A stretch of 64,000 nt of DNA from Candidatus Thermosaccharophagus gerlachensis (GTDB lineage Bacteria; Armatimonadota; Fervidibacteria; Fervidibacterales; Thermosaccharophagaceae), in assembly GCA_041538025.1 (NCBI GenBank), contig JBGOEV010000001.1, positions 14,205 through 78,204 of the forward strand, in the 5' to 3' direction. A program made the position numbers and the translations under genes. The notes under the pieces were generated by a model. It ran no database searches. It was given only the letters and a program-made list of their open reading frames with translations, and was not told where the DNA came from. Within the stretch, counting starts at the first letter, position 1; the number at the start of each line of letters is the position of its first letter. This document shows, piece by piece, positions 34,572 to 43,774 of the stretch.

Positions 34572-35618
34572 ATGGCTAAAATGAAGGCTGCTGTTCTGCA
34601 CGGTATAAATGACCTGCGCATTGAAGAGGTTGATATGCCAACGATTACCAGTGACGAACAAGTGCTAATTCGGATAAGAGCTGTTGGTGTTTGTGGTTCT
34701 GACATTCACTACTACCGTGAGGGGCGTATTGGCAGATTCGTGGTCAAAGAGCCGTTGATATTAGGTCATGAGTGTGCCGGTGAGGTGGTAGAAGTTGGTA
34801 AAGCTGTTAAAGGCTTGAAGCCGGGTGATAAGGTGGCAATAGAACCCGGAGTTGGCTGCAGAAGATGTAAGTATTGTCATGAAGGGAGATACAACCTTTG
34901 TCCGCAGGAGAAATTTATGGCAACGCCACCAACTCATGGTGCGTTTGCTGAGTATGTCGTTTGGGATGGCGATTTTGTTTTCAAGCTCCCGGATGAGACA
35001 TCATTCGAAGCTGGTGCTTTATGTGAGCCTTTGGCTGTTGCATTGCATGCGGTTAACATATCGGAAATGAGGTCAGCATCAACTGTTGCTGTTTTAGGTT
35101 GCGGACCTATTGGATTGGCTTTAATTCAAGCTGCGATTGCAAGCGGTGCATCAAGCGTGATCGCTACCGACATCTACTCACTCAGACTGAACAAAGCTTT
35201 GGAGATGGGCGCTACCTATGTTTTCAACGCCAACGAGGTTGATGCAGTTTCTGCGATACTTGAGGCAACAGACGGTGAAGGTGCTGATGTTGTTTTTGAA
35301 GCGGCTGGCTCTGTGGTAACGCAAAGACAAGCATTCTCAGTTGTCAAGAGCGGTGGCGTGATAGTTCTCGTTGGGATGACTCCGGAGGATAAAAACGAGG
35401 TCCCTTTGCTTGATTTGATCACGCGTGAATATCAGGTGCGTGGCATATTGCGGTATGCCAACAGTTATCCTCAAGCAGTTGCTCTAACAGCGACCGGCAA
35501 GGTTAACTTGCTACCAATGGTGACACATCGTTTCCCCTTGGAAAAGACGGTTGAGGCACTTGAGTTAGCCGATACAAAGAAGGACGAAGCCATCAAGGTT
35601 ATGGTTACCATGAGCTGA
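34572..35618 (+). CDS. Zn-dependent medium-chain dehydrogenase (sorbitol / L-threonine dehydrogenase-like)
   Basis: The motifs are VGVCGSDIHYY...GHECAGEVVEVG, the structural-Zn Cys cluster CRRCKYCHEGRYNLC, and VLGCGPIGL. The start is ATG 34572 or 34581. Confidence 0.85.
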   Translation: MAKMKAAVLHGINDLRIEEVDMPTITSDEQVLIRIRAVGVCGSDIHYYREGRIGRFVVKEPLILGHECAGEVVEVGKAVKGLKPGDKVAIEPGVGCRRCKYCHEGRYNLCPQEKFMATPPTHGAFAEYVVWDGDFVFKLPDETSFEAGALCEPLAVALHAVNISEMRSASTVAVLGCGPIGLALIQAAIASGASSVIATDIYSLRLNKALEMGATYVFNANEVDAVSAILEATDGEGADVVFEAAGSVVTQRQAFSVVKSGGVIVLVGMTPEDKNEVPLLDLITREYQVRGILRYANSYPQAVALTATGKVNLLPMVTHRFPLEKTVEALELADTKKDEAIKVMVTMS

Positions 35619-35657
35619 TGCTGAAGCTACAGGCACAAGTTGGGTGGGGTGTTGAAA

Positions 35658-35969
35658 ATGAGGCGCCACACGATTGAGTTTTTAGTTGAAGGTGGTGTTT
35701 ACATTGAAACGCTCATAAGGGCGATTGATGAGGTGCGTTTTGAGAAGCGATGGTCCGTTTGGGCTTCGGTGAAAGGTGAAAAGTGTGTCGTTAAGATGTG
35801 GCGATGGTTCATACCTGTTACATTGCTCATTGTGGATGGTAAGCGCGTTAGAGTGTTGCGCGAAGAGGGGTTTGTCATCTGGATGGCGTATGAGAAGCGC
35901 TCAGCAGCACAGGAGCCGTTGCGAAGGCTCATCAATGAATTGCGTTTCAGGAAGCTTGTTTCATATTGA
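35658..35969 (+). CDS. Small hypothetical protein of about 103 aa, rich in basic and Trp residues
   Basis: The ORF has an upstream G-rich RBS. I recognise no motif. Coding status is supported only by its length and its position between genes on the same strand. Confidence 0.4.
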   Translation: MRRHTIEFLVEGGVYIETLIRAIDEVRFEKRWSVWASVKGEKCVVKMWRWFIPVTLLIVDGKRVRVLREEGFVIWMAYEKRSAAQEPLRRLINELRFRKLVSY

Positions 35970-36007
35970 CTGGAAAGAGAATAGCTGTTTTGTGAGGTGG
36001 GTGTTTC

Positions 36008-37687
36008 GTGGCACAGGTTAAGCGCTACCTCGTCAGCTTGGATGAGTGTCGTTCTCAAGGTCTTGTTGTAAGGAACTACGATGCTGTAATAGTTGGGAGT
36101 GGCATAGCAGGGCTATGGACAGCGCTACAACTTCTTTCGGTTAGAGATGCCAAGATTGCAATTGTAAGCAAGGCTTCAGCCCACGAATGCAATACATACT
36201 ACGCTCAAGGTGGCATTGCAGCTGTCCTTTATCCAACTGATTCCCCTGAGATGCATTTCAGTGATACGGTTGAAGCAGGAGCTGGGCTTTGCAACACTGA
36301 GGCTGCATGGGTGCTCGTCACCGAGACTCCTTCTCTAATCCATGAGCTACGCTCACTTGGTGTAAGGTTTGAAGAGGAAGACGGGAAGCTAAAGCTTGCT
36401 CGCGAAGGCGCACATAGAGTTAGCCGAATCGTCTATGCAAGAGGTGACAGAACAGGGTATGAGATTGAGCAAGTGTTGCTTAGGAAGGTGAGGGAAAAAG
36501 GTGTTGATCTGCTTGAGTGGACGTTTGCAATTGACCTCCTTACGATGGATAATGAATGTTTTGGCGTGCTCGCTTGGTCGGAACACGATCATTGTTATAT
36601 GGCGTTGCTTGGCTTAGTTACATTCATTTGCACTGGTGGTGTCGGACAGTTGTATGAATCAACAACAAACGCGAAGGTTGCTACAGGTGATGGTCTGGCG
36701 ATGGCGTATCGTGCTGGTGCAACGCTTACAGATTTAGAGTTCATCCAGTTTCATCCAACTGCCCTCTACGAAATTCGTTCTCCAAGGCTTTTAATAAGTG
36801 AGACAGTCAGGGGTGAAGGTGGCATACTGCTCAACATTAATAAGGAGCGTTTTATGCCGCGCTATCATCCGATGGGTGAGCTTGCGCCAAGGGATGTTGT
36901 TTGTCGGGCTATACTCAATGAGATGAAGCGCACCAATTCTGACCATGTGTTCATTGATGTAACTTCACTTGATGGGGGATTGATAAGGAAACGCTTCCCA
37001 TACATCTATGAGCAATGCCTTGAGCGTGGTTACAATATCGCTAAGCAACCAATACCAGTTGCTCCAGCTGCACACTACATCATGGGCGGTATTAGTGTTG
37101 ACCTCTATGGGCGAACATCCATACGCAGGCTGTATGCTGTTGGTGAGGCATCTTGCACAGGGTTGCATGGTGCAAACAGGCTCGCAAGTAATTCGTTGAA
37201 CGAAGCCCTCGTCTTCGGGAAAAGAGCAGCCAAGGATGCTTTACAATTCATGGAGAATGCCACCGTCAATGTTGATGTAACAGCGCTTCTTGAGGGGCAG
37301 GGTGAGGATAAGGAAGCAAACATAGATTTTGTCCAAATACATTCCAACTTGCAAAAGCTGATGAGCGAAAGCGTTGGTATAAGCAGAGAGAAGCGTGGTC
37401 TTGAAGCAGCTCGCTCACAGATTGAGCAATGGTTAAACTCTTTCAAACATGTGGCGCCGACTGTGAAGGCGTGGGAGGTAGCAAATATGCTTTTGATTTG
37501 CAGGTTAATAGTTGAGTCGGCGCTAATGCGTATGGAGAGCAGGGGGGCGCACTATAGAGAAGATTACCCAGAAAGGGACGATGTAAGGTGGCTTGCACGA
37601 ATCATTCATGTATGTCACCAAACTGGAGATCATATCCTCGTGCCAGGGAAGGTGAGCATATCGAGGGTGGTCAAGACATCAATATAA
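36008..37687 (+). CDS. nadB: L-aspartate oxidase
   Basis: The motifs are DAVIVGSGIAGL (FAD), YAQGGIAAV, RGEGG, HYIMGGI and ANRLASNSLNEALVFG. The start is GTG. Confidence 0.92.
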   Translation: MAQVKRYLVSLDECRSQGLVVRNYDAVIVGSGIAGLWTALQLLSVRDAKIAIVSKASAHECNTYYAQGGIAAVLYPTDSPEMHFSDTVEAGAGLCNTEAAWVLVTETPSLIHELRSLGVRFEEEDGKLKLAREGAHRVSRIVYARGDRTGYEIEQVLLRKVREKGVDLLEWTFAIDLLTMDNECFGVLAWSEHDHCYMALLGLVTFICTGGVGQLYESTTNAKVATGDGLAMAYRAGATLTDLEFIQFHPTALYEIRSPRLLISETVRGEGGILLNINKERFMPRYHPMGELAPRDVVCRAILNEMKRTNSDHVFIDVTSLDGGLIRKRFPYIYEQCLERGYNIAKQPIPVAPAAHYIMGGISVDLYGRTSIRRLYAVGEASCTGLHGANRLASNSLNEALVFGKRAAKDALQFMENATVNVDVTALLEGQGEDKEANIDFVQIHSNLQKLMSESVGISREKRGLEAARSQIEQWLNSFKHVAPTVKAWEVANMLLICRLIVESALMRMESRGAHYREDYPERDDVRWLARIIHVCHQTGDHILVPGKVSISRVVKTSI

Positions 37688-37709
37688 TCGTTCACGGAGG
37701 GCAAGAGGA

Positions 37710-38225
37710 ATGCAAGGGAGAAAAAGCAAGCGCTTCATAACGATAAGCAGATCAGAGTTCGCCCGCAGGAAGGGTGTTACAGATATAGCTTACGAAGTTG
37801 GATTGATACATTTTGCAGTTCCACTTAAGGCTGGTAGGGAAGCTAAGGAACGTATCCAGATATTGAGTGAATTGAGTGCTGGTGGTGTGAAGCCAATACT
37901 CGTCAAGTTTCATCCTCACTCGCTTCACTTCACGGTTCGTTCCCAAGAGAAGGAGAAGGCACTTGATGTTTTGAGGAACAAATTGCACCTTGAGCCAACA
38001 GTGACAGATAACTGTTGTCTTGTTGCTGTCATCTCTTCAGCGATGAGGGATCTTCCGGGCGTGATGTCAAAGATTGCGGAAGCTGCCCTGCACCTTTCAA
38101 CTGATGTTCTTGAAACAAGCGACACAAGGTCTGCCGTTCTCCTTCTTGTGCACGAGAATGAGGCAACGCAATTTATGAAAGCTTTGTGCAAAGCCTTCAA
38201 TGTGCGTTCCCCAAAAAGCCTTTAG
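37710..38225 (+). CDS. Stand-alone ACT-domain protein (resembles an aspartokinase regulatory or beta subunit)
   Basis: There are two ACT-like halves: LIHFAVPLKAGREAKERIQILSELSAGGVKPILV... and CCLVAVISSAMRDLPGVMSKIAEAALHLSTDVLETSDTRSAVLLLV. It lies immediately upstream of aspartokinase. Confidence 0.6.
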   Translation: MQGRKSKRFITISRSEFARRKGVTDIAYEVGLIHFAVPLKAGREAKERIQILSELSAGGVKPILVKFHPHSLHFTVRSQEKEKALDVLRNKLHLEPTVTDNCCLVAVISSAMRDLPGVMSKIAEAALHLSTDVLETSDTRSAVLLLVHENEATQFMKALCKAFNVRSPKSL

Positions 38226-38257
38226 GGTGATTGCTATATTGGGGGGTGTATAAAGGC

Positions 38258-39643
38258 ATGCCGTCTTACCGTAATAAGGTGATAGTGCAAAAATTTGGTG
38301 GCACATCTGTTCATCCCACTGAAAATCTGCTTGCCTCGGCACGATGTGTTATCAGAGCAATACATCAGGGTTGGTCGCCGGTCGTAGTTGTCTCTGCACC
38401 GGGGCGTAGAGGAGATCCTTATGCAACCGACACGCTCAAGAAGCTTGCCGAGGCTATAGATCCACAGGTGCCAGTTAAACCAAGGGAGCTTGACTTGCTC
38501 ATGACATGTGGCGAGATAATCTCAATCGTGCTTATGGCTCAGGCGATAAGGGTGTTAGGTGGCTATGACACAATAGCGCTCACTGGTGGACAAGCTGGCA
38601 TATACACTGACTACGAGTTTGGCAATGCGAGGATAATTGAGATTGATACACGCTATATTTGGCGCTGCTTGCGCGAAGGCAAGATACCAGTTGTTGCTGG
38701 TTTCCAAGGGGTTACAAAACGCTCAGTTGAAGGGCGCTATGTCCATGGTGCTATAACGACTCTTGGTAGAGGAGGTTCAGATACAACTGCTGCTGCGCTT
38801 GGGATGGCACTCGGTGCTAACTTCATTGAGATATACACCGATGTGGATGGCGTGATGACAGCTGACCCAAGGATCGTTGGAAACAAAGCTAAAAGACATG
38901 ACAACCTCACTTATGAGGAGGTCTCGGAGTTGACACATCTTGGTGCAAAAGTTATCCACCCAAGAGCTGTTGAAATTGCATATGAGAGCAAAACGCCCAT
39001 ATTGGTCAAAAGCATCAAACCAACATCAGTTGGGACAAGGGTGGATAAGTCGCTTCTTGATGTCGGTGAATTGCATCGCATAACTGGTATAACGCAATCA
39101 GCGCCTGTTGTGCACTTCAGGATGGAACTTGAAGAGCGCGAGGATTTGCCCGAAGTTGAGATGCTTGTCTACAGGGCGCTCGGTGACAGTAACATAAGCG
39201 TTCACTTCAATGTCCACTTCGAAAACGGTTTCGAATTTGTTGTTAGCAGGGAAGTCATGTCACAGGTGTTGGATGTCCTTGACGGGCTATTGCTGAATGT
39301 TAGTAGTGGGCGAGCTTATGTGTTACTTGTGGACGAGCATCGCGAAGCCTCAAAGGTGAAACTGCGAATGTTAAGCGAAGCTTTCAAGCAGCTCGGAAAG
39401 CAAACGCAGATAAAAGTCATGAAAGTAAAAGTTGGAGCAAACAGGGTCACAGTTTCAATCGTAGCGCCAAACGTAAGAAACCATCCAGAGGTGCTTACGA
39501 GAGCACTGGATGCGCTTTATAAAGCAAACATTGATGTGCTACAAGTCTCGGATGCAGACCACTCACTCTCATTCCTCGTCTACGAAGAGGATATGAACCG
39601 AGCGGTAAATGTGTTGCATCAAGAGTTCGTTGAGACCTCTTAA
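38258..39643 (+). CDS. lysC: Aspartate kinase
   Basis: The motifs are VIVQKFGGTSV...VVVVSAPG...TTLGRGGSDTTAAALG...IYTDVDGVMTADPRIV. C-terminal ACT domains are present. The ATG at 38258 has a G-rich RBS. Confidence 0.92.
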   Translation: MPSYRNKVIVQKFGGTSVHPTENLLASARCVIRAIHQGWSPVVVVSAPGRRGDPYATDTLKKLAEAIDPQVPVKPRELDLLMTCGEIISIVLMAQAIRVLGGYDTIALTGGQAGIYTDYEFGNARIIEIDTRYIWRCLREGKIPVVAGFQGVTKRSVEGRYVHGAITTLGRGGSDTTAAALGMALGANFIEIYTDVDGVMTADPRIVGNKAKRHDNLTYEEVSELTHLGAKVIHPRAVEIAYESKTPILVKSIKPTSVGTRVDKSLLDVGELHRITGITQSAPVVHFRMELEEREDLPEVEMLVYRALGDSNISVHFNVHFENGFEFVVSREVMSQVLDVLDGLLLNVSSGRAYVLLVDEHREASKVKLRMLSEAFKQLGKQTQIKVMKVKVGANRVTVSIVAPNVRNHPEVLTRALDALYKANIDVLQVSDADHSLSFLVYEEDMNRAVNVLHQEFVETS

Positions 39644-39696
39644 GTTCAAAGTCTATCCAGCAAGCGATGAGGTTCTTTGGAAGGTGATAGACCTCT

Positions 39697-40071
39697 ATGA
39701 GTTTTGTAGCCGATTATTGGTATGTAGCGCTGTTTGCCTTGAGTGGGATTGTATTTGCATTTGCTGCGCTTTTCCTTGCGTGGCTCATCCGCCCACACAA
39801 CCCGACCGCGGATAAACTCGTTTCATACGAATGTAGCGTGCGCCCCATTGGTGAGGCAAGGGTTCAGTTTCGTATCATCTTCTACCTTGTAGCACTCTTG
39901 TTCGTAGCGTTTGAGGTGGAGATAATCTTCCTTTTCCCATGGGCTGTTGTGCTGAAAAAGATCGGCAAACTTGGGCTCGGGTTTCTTGCTTGGTTTGATA
40001 TGATGCTTTTCATTGGCATCCTTTTGTGCGGATGGCTCTATGCTTACCTTAAGAAGGTTCTTGACTGGTGA
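39697..40071 (+). CDS. nuoA: NADH-quinone oxidoreductase subunit A
   Basis: There are three TM helices. The motif is YECSVRPIGEARVQFRIIFYLVALLFVAFEVEIIFLFPWA. Confidence 0.9.
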   Translation: MSFVADYWYVALFALSGIVFAFAALFLAWLIRPHNPTADKLVSYECSVRPIGEARVQFRIIFYLVALLFVAFEVEIIFLFPWAVVLKKIGKLGLGFLAWFDMMLFIGILLCGWLYAYLKKVLDW

Positions 40072-40084
40072 GGAGTGTTTCTGC

Positions 40085-40594
40085 ATGCCTTTGAGTGCTG
40101 ACCAACTTGAGGAGAGGATAAGGGGAGTCGCTAAGGGGCTGCCGTTATCGTTCGGCTTTGGAAAAAGTGGTCTGGAGGTTCGTGTCGATAAGGACTATGT
40201 GGTTGAGCTTTGTAAGTTGCTTCGCGATGACACCGAATTGCAGTTTGATTACTTGCGCTGTTTAAGCGCTATTGATTGGTTTGAAGAGGGTCAAATGGAG
40301 GTTGTGTATCACCTCTATTCAATGAAGCATGGGCATAGCTTAGTTGTAAAGGTGCGCGTCAAAAGGGATGACCCTCGCTTACCATCGGTGAGCAGTATAT
40401 GGGCAGCAGCAAACTGGCATGAGAGGGAAGCATACGATTTACTCGGTATCATTTTTGAGGGGCATCCAGATTTGAGGCGCATACTACTTCCACAAGACTG
40501 GACTGGGCACCCGCTGCGGAAGGATTACAGTTACAACCCAGTTGAGTTTGATGAAGAGTATGCTGGTAAGGTTAGGAGGGGCGAAATAACTTGA
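40085..40594 (+). CDS. nuoC: NADH-quinone oxidoreductase subunit C
   Basis: The motif is PSVSSIWAAANWHEREAYDLLGIIFEGHPDLRRILLPQDWTGHPLRKDY. Confidence 0.92.
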   Translation: MPLSADQLEERIRGVAKGLPLSFGFGKSGLEVRVDKDYVVELCKLLRDDTELQFDYLRCLSAIDWFEEGQMEVVYHLYSMKHGHSLVVKVRVKRDDPRLPSVSSIWAAANWHEREAYDLLGIIFEGHPDLRRILLPQDWTGHPLRKDYSYNPVEFDEEYAGKVRRGEIT

Positions 40595-41754
40595 GCAAGT
40601 TATATCACTCAAGCCAAAGCGATGTTGATAGCGTTCGTCCCGGTGAGGCTATAAAGACAGATAAGTTGGTTGTGAACATGGGACCTCAGCACCCGAGCAC
40701 TCATGGTGTCTTACGGGTGATATTGACTGTGGACGGTGAATGGGTAGTTGCAGCTGAACCAGAGGTTGGCTATCTTCACAGGGGCTTTGAGAAGCTTGCT
40801 GAGATGCGCGCCTATGAGCAAACCATTTTCCTCAGCGACAGGTGGGATTACCTCTCATCGATGAGCAACAACTTAGCTATGTCGCTCGCCATTGAGACTC
40901 TGCTTGAAATACAGGCTCCAGAGAAAGCACAGTGGATAAGGATGCTTGTGGCAGAGCTACAGCGTATAGCCTCTCATCTCGTTTTCATAGCTGCATACGG
41001 CTTGGACATGGGTGCGATGACACCTTTCTTCTATTGCTTTAGAGAGAGGGAAAAGATTGTTTGGCTGTTTGAGATGCTTTGTGGAGCGAGGCTGACATAC
41101 CACTACGTTCGTATTGGTGGGGTGGCAGCAGATTTACCTGAAGGCTTCATTGAAGCTCTTGAGGCAACCATACCACAGTTGAAGAGAGGGTTTGATGAAA
41201 TTGATGAGTTGTTACTCTACAACCCGATATTCATTGAGCGAACGAGAGGCATCGGTATCATTGATCCACAGTTGGCGGTTAACTACGGTCTATCTGGTCC
41301 GATGATAAGGGCGAGTGGGATACCGTATGATGTTCGTCGCTGTCATCCGTATCTTTTTTACGATGCCGTTGAATGGGATGTTGTTGTGCATGATGCTTGC
41401 GATTGCTGGGCACGAGTATGGGTGCGTTCACAAGAGATGCGCCAAAGCTTGAGGATAGTTGAGCAAGTTGTGGAAAGGTTGAAGGGAATGCCAAGTGGGA
41501 ATGTGAGCGCAAAGGTTCCCAAACCTATACGCCCTAAAAAGGGCGATTGCTATGTCGCCATTGAATCTCCAAGGGGTGAGTTGGGCATTTATATCGTGAG
41601 TGATGGCTCTCAGAAACCATACAGGGTGAAGATAAGAGGACCTTCTTTTGTAAACCTTTCAATAGCTCAAAGGGTGTTGCCGGGAGCTAAGATAGCTGAC
41701 CTCGTAGCGATACTTGGTAGCTTTGACCTCGTAATGGGTGAAGTGGATAGGTGA
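40591..41754 (+). CDS. nuoD: NADH-quinone oxidoreductase subunit D
   Basis: The motifs are NMGPQHPSTHGVLR...EVGYLHRGFEKL...IESPRGELGIYI...RGPSF. The TTG start overlaps the nuoC stop by 4 nt. Confidence 0.93.
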   Translation: MSKLYHSSQSDVDSVRPGEAIKTDKLVVNMGPQHPSTHGVLRVILTVDGEWVVAAEPEVGYLHRGFEKLAEMRAYEQTIFLSDRWDYLSSMSNNLAMSLAIETLLEIQAPEKAQWIRMLVAELQRIASHLVFIAAYGLDMGAMTPFFYCFREREKIVWLFEMLCGARLTYHYVRIGGVAADLPEGFIEALEATIPQLKRGFDEIDELLLYNPIFIERTRGIGIIDPQLAVNYGLSGPMIRASGIPYDVRRCHPYLFYDAVEWDVVVHDACDCWARVWVRSQEMRQSLRIVEQVVERLKGMPSGNVSAKVPKPIRPKKGDCYVAIESPRGELGIYIVSDGSQKPYRVKIRGPSFVNLSIAQRVLPGAKIADLVAILGSFDLVMGEVDR

Positions 41755-41762
41755 GGGGATAA

Positions 41763-42824
41763 ATGTATGGGTTCAGCTTGAGTTCATTTTGCGAGCGCTT
41801 TCTTAAGTGGACTAAGTTACCAACGGATTTGTTGGTTGGTGTTATCGTGGCAGTCTTCATTTTCTTCTTTATGACTTTCGTTGTTCTTGCGCTTGTTTAC
41901 CTGTTTCGCAAGTTTGTTGGTTTTGTGCAAGTGCGTCTTGGACCTCGCTATGTTGGACCAAGAGGGTTGCTTCAAACCGTGTGTGACGCACTCAAGTTGC
42001 TCGCCAAGGAAGACATCATGCCAGAGAACGCTGACAAAGGTGTTTTTATTGCAGCACCACTCATCGTGTTTTTGCCTGCGTATCTCGTCTACATCGTCAT
42101 ACCTTTTGGGCATCCTTCACACTTCCAACCGAAAGACTTAAACTTGGGCATACTATATGTGCTCGCCATAACTTCTATAACGGTGATCGGGATTGTATCA
42201 GCAGGATGGGCTTCTGGGAGTAAGTGGGCGACAATCGGTGGAATGCGCTCTGCTGCTCAACTCATTTCATACGAAGTGCCAATGTCATTGTCTGTCATCG
42301 TGCCAGTGCTTGTTTCTGGCTCTTTGAGCATGAAAGAGATAGCACAGGCACAGGGTGATCGTTTCTGGCATTGGAACTTCTTTAATCTTAACTATTTCGG
42401 CTTGACATTCCCTGCCTTCATCATCTACATGATATGCGCTCTCGCTGAGACAAACCAAATACCGTTTGACCTCCCAGAAGCTGAGAGCGAGCTTGTTGCT
42501 GGCTACAATGTGGAGTATAGCGGTATGCGTTTCGCTTTCTTCTTCCTTGCTGAGTTTTCAAACCTGTTCGTTGTTTGCGCCATCGCTACAACTCTTTTCC
42601 TCGGCGGATGGCATGCTCCTTTCCCATTCCTACCAAGTGAAGGGCTTTGGTCTGTGCTATGGTTTATGCTCAAGACATGGACTCTCACCTTTGTAGCGCT
42701 CTGGATTAGAGCAACATACCCAAGGGTGAGGATTGACCAACTAATGGAGTTCGCTTGGAAGAGGCTGTTCCTGGTAGCTCTCATTGATGTTGCAGTTGTT
42801 TCGCTCATCGCAGCCACATCGTGA
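41763..42824 (+). CDS. nuoH: NADH-quinone oxidoreductase subunit H
   Basis: The motifs are VQVRLGPRYVGPRGLLQTVCDALKLLAKED...ETNQIPFDLPEAESELVAGYNVEYSG. Confidence 0.93.
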   Translation: MYGFSLSSFCERFLKWTKLPTDLLVGVIVAVFIFFFMTFVVLALVYLFRKFVGFVQVRLGPRYVGPRGLLQTVCDALKLLAKEDIMPENADKGVFIAAPLIVFLPAYLVYIVIPFGHPSHFQPKDLNLGILYVLAITSITVIGIVSAGWASGSKWATIGGMRSAAQLISYEVPMSLSVIVPVLVSGSLSMKEIAQAQGDRFWHWNFFNLNYFGLTFPAFIIYMICALAETNQIPFDLPEAESELVAGYNVEYSGMRFAFFFLAEFSNLFVVCAIATTLFLGGWHAPFPFLPSEGLWSVLWFMLKTWTLTFVALWIRATYPRVRIDQLMEFAWKRLFLVALIDVAVVSLIAATS

Positions 42825-42856
42825 TGTATTGAAAGACTCCTTTAGGGGGTTAAGCT

Positions 42857-43414
42857 ATGGGAAGAGATGTTGTGTGGTGGGCATTCTTCTACCTCATATC
42901 CGCTTTTGTCCTTTTCAATGCTATCATCGTAGTAACATCACCAACCCTTTTTCGGTGCTTGCTTCACTTAATGCTTGTGTTCATTGGTGTTGCAGGGCTT
43001 TTTCTATTGCAAGGGGCGATCTTCCTTGCTGGCGTTCAAGTGCTGATATATACGGGTGGTGTGACAACTCTCATTCTGTTTGCAGTGATGTTAAGCGAGG
43101 AAGTGGTTGGGAAAGGTAGGGCATTGGTAAGCAGAGGGAAGGGGATGGGAATAGTTGTAGCAGCTTGCTTTCTTGTGCTCATGTTTGCGCTCTACAGCTC
43201 TTGTGTTGTTTTCTTACCACCAACCTATGAAGCACACATATCTCCAGTGGCTCAGTTCGTTGCTAAAGCCCCTTCTTCTGCGATGGGCAATGTGGAAGCC
43301 TTCGGCGTGGCATTGTTAACGCAATTTCTTGTGCCGTTTGAGTTTGTCTCGGTCCTGATACTCGTTGCCATTGTTGGCGCTATCACCGTGGCAAGGCTTT
43401 CAGGAAGCAAGTGA
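42857..43414 (+). CDS. nuoJ: NADH-quinone oxidoreductase subunit J
   Basis: The TM profile fits, and FLAGVQVLIYTGGVTTLILFAVML is present. Confidence 0.85.
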   Translation: MGRDVVWWAFFYLISAFVLFNAIIVVTSPTLFRCLLHLMLVFIGVAGLFLLQGAIFLAGVQVLIYTGGVTTLILFAVMLSEEVVGKGRALVSRGKGMGIVVAACFLVLMFALYSSCVVFLPPTYEAHISPVAQFVAKAPSSAMGNVEAFGVALLTQFLVPFEFVSVLILVAIVGAITVARLSGSK

Positions 43415-43456
43415 AAAAACTTAGCTGTGAAAATTTGCGGTGTGAGGTGGGAGTGG

Positions 43457-43768
43457 ATGATCAGCAGTATGATGCATTACCTCATCCTTTCGGCGATGCT
43501 TTTTTCCATAGGCATCTACGGTATCTTGACGAGGAGAAATGCTATTGCGATCCTGATGTGCATTGAACTGATGCTTAACGCGGTCAATTTGAACTTCGTC
43601 GCCATAGGTGCCCATTTGACGCCAAACCAGATTACTGGTCAGCTCTTTGCAGCCTTTGTAATAACTGTCGCAGCTGCTGAAGCATGCATCGGATTTGCCT
43701 TGATCATTGCCATATACAGGAACTTTGAGAAAGTGAGTGTTGACGACATTAATATCATGCGCTGGTGA
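43457..43768 (+). CDS. nuoK: NADH-quinone oxidoreductase subunit K
   Basis: The motif is LSAMLFSIGIYGILTRRNAIAILMCIELMLNAVNLNFVA...AAAEACIGFALI. I chose the internal ATG that gives a typical ~100-aa NuoK. Confidence 0.88.
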   Translation: MISSMMHYLILSAMLFSIGIYGILTRRNAIAILMCIELMLNAVNLNFVAIGAHLTPNQITGQLFAAFVITVAAAEACIGFALIIAIYRNFEKVSVDDINIMRW

Positions 43769-43774
43769 GGCTAT

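Noticed and set aside
40013-40084. The upstream extension of the nuoC ORF overlapping nuoA. I checked it as a possible remnant of nuoB.
   Set aside because: It is only 24 codons and overlaps the nuoA C-terminus in another frame. It has no NuoB Cys motifs. nuoC starts at ATG 40085.
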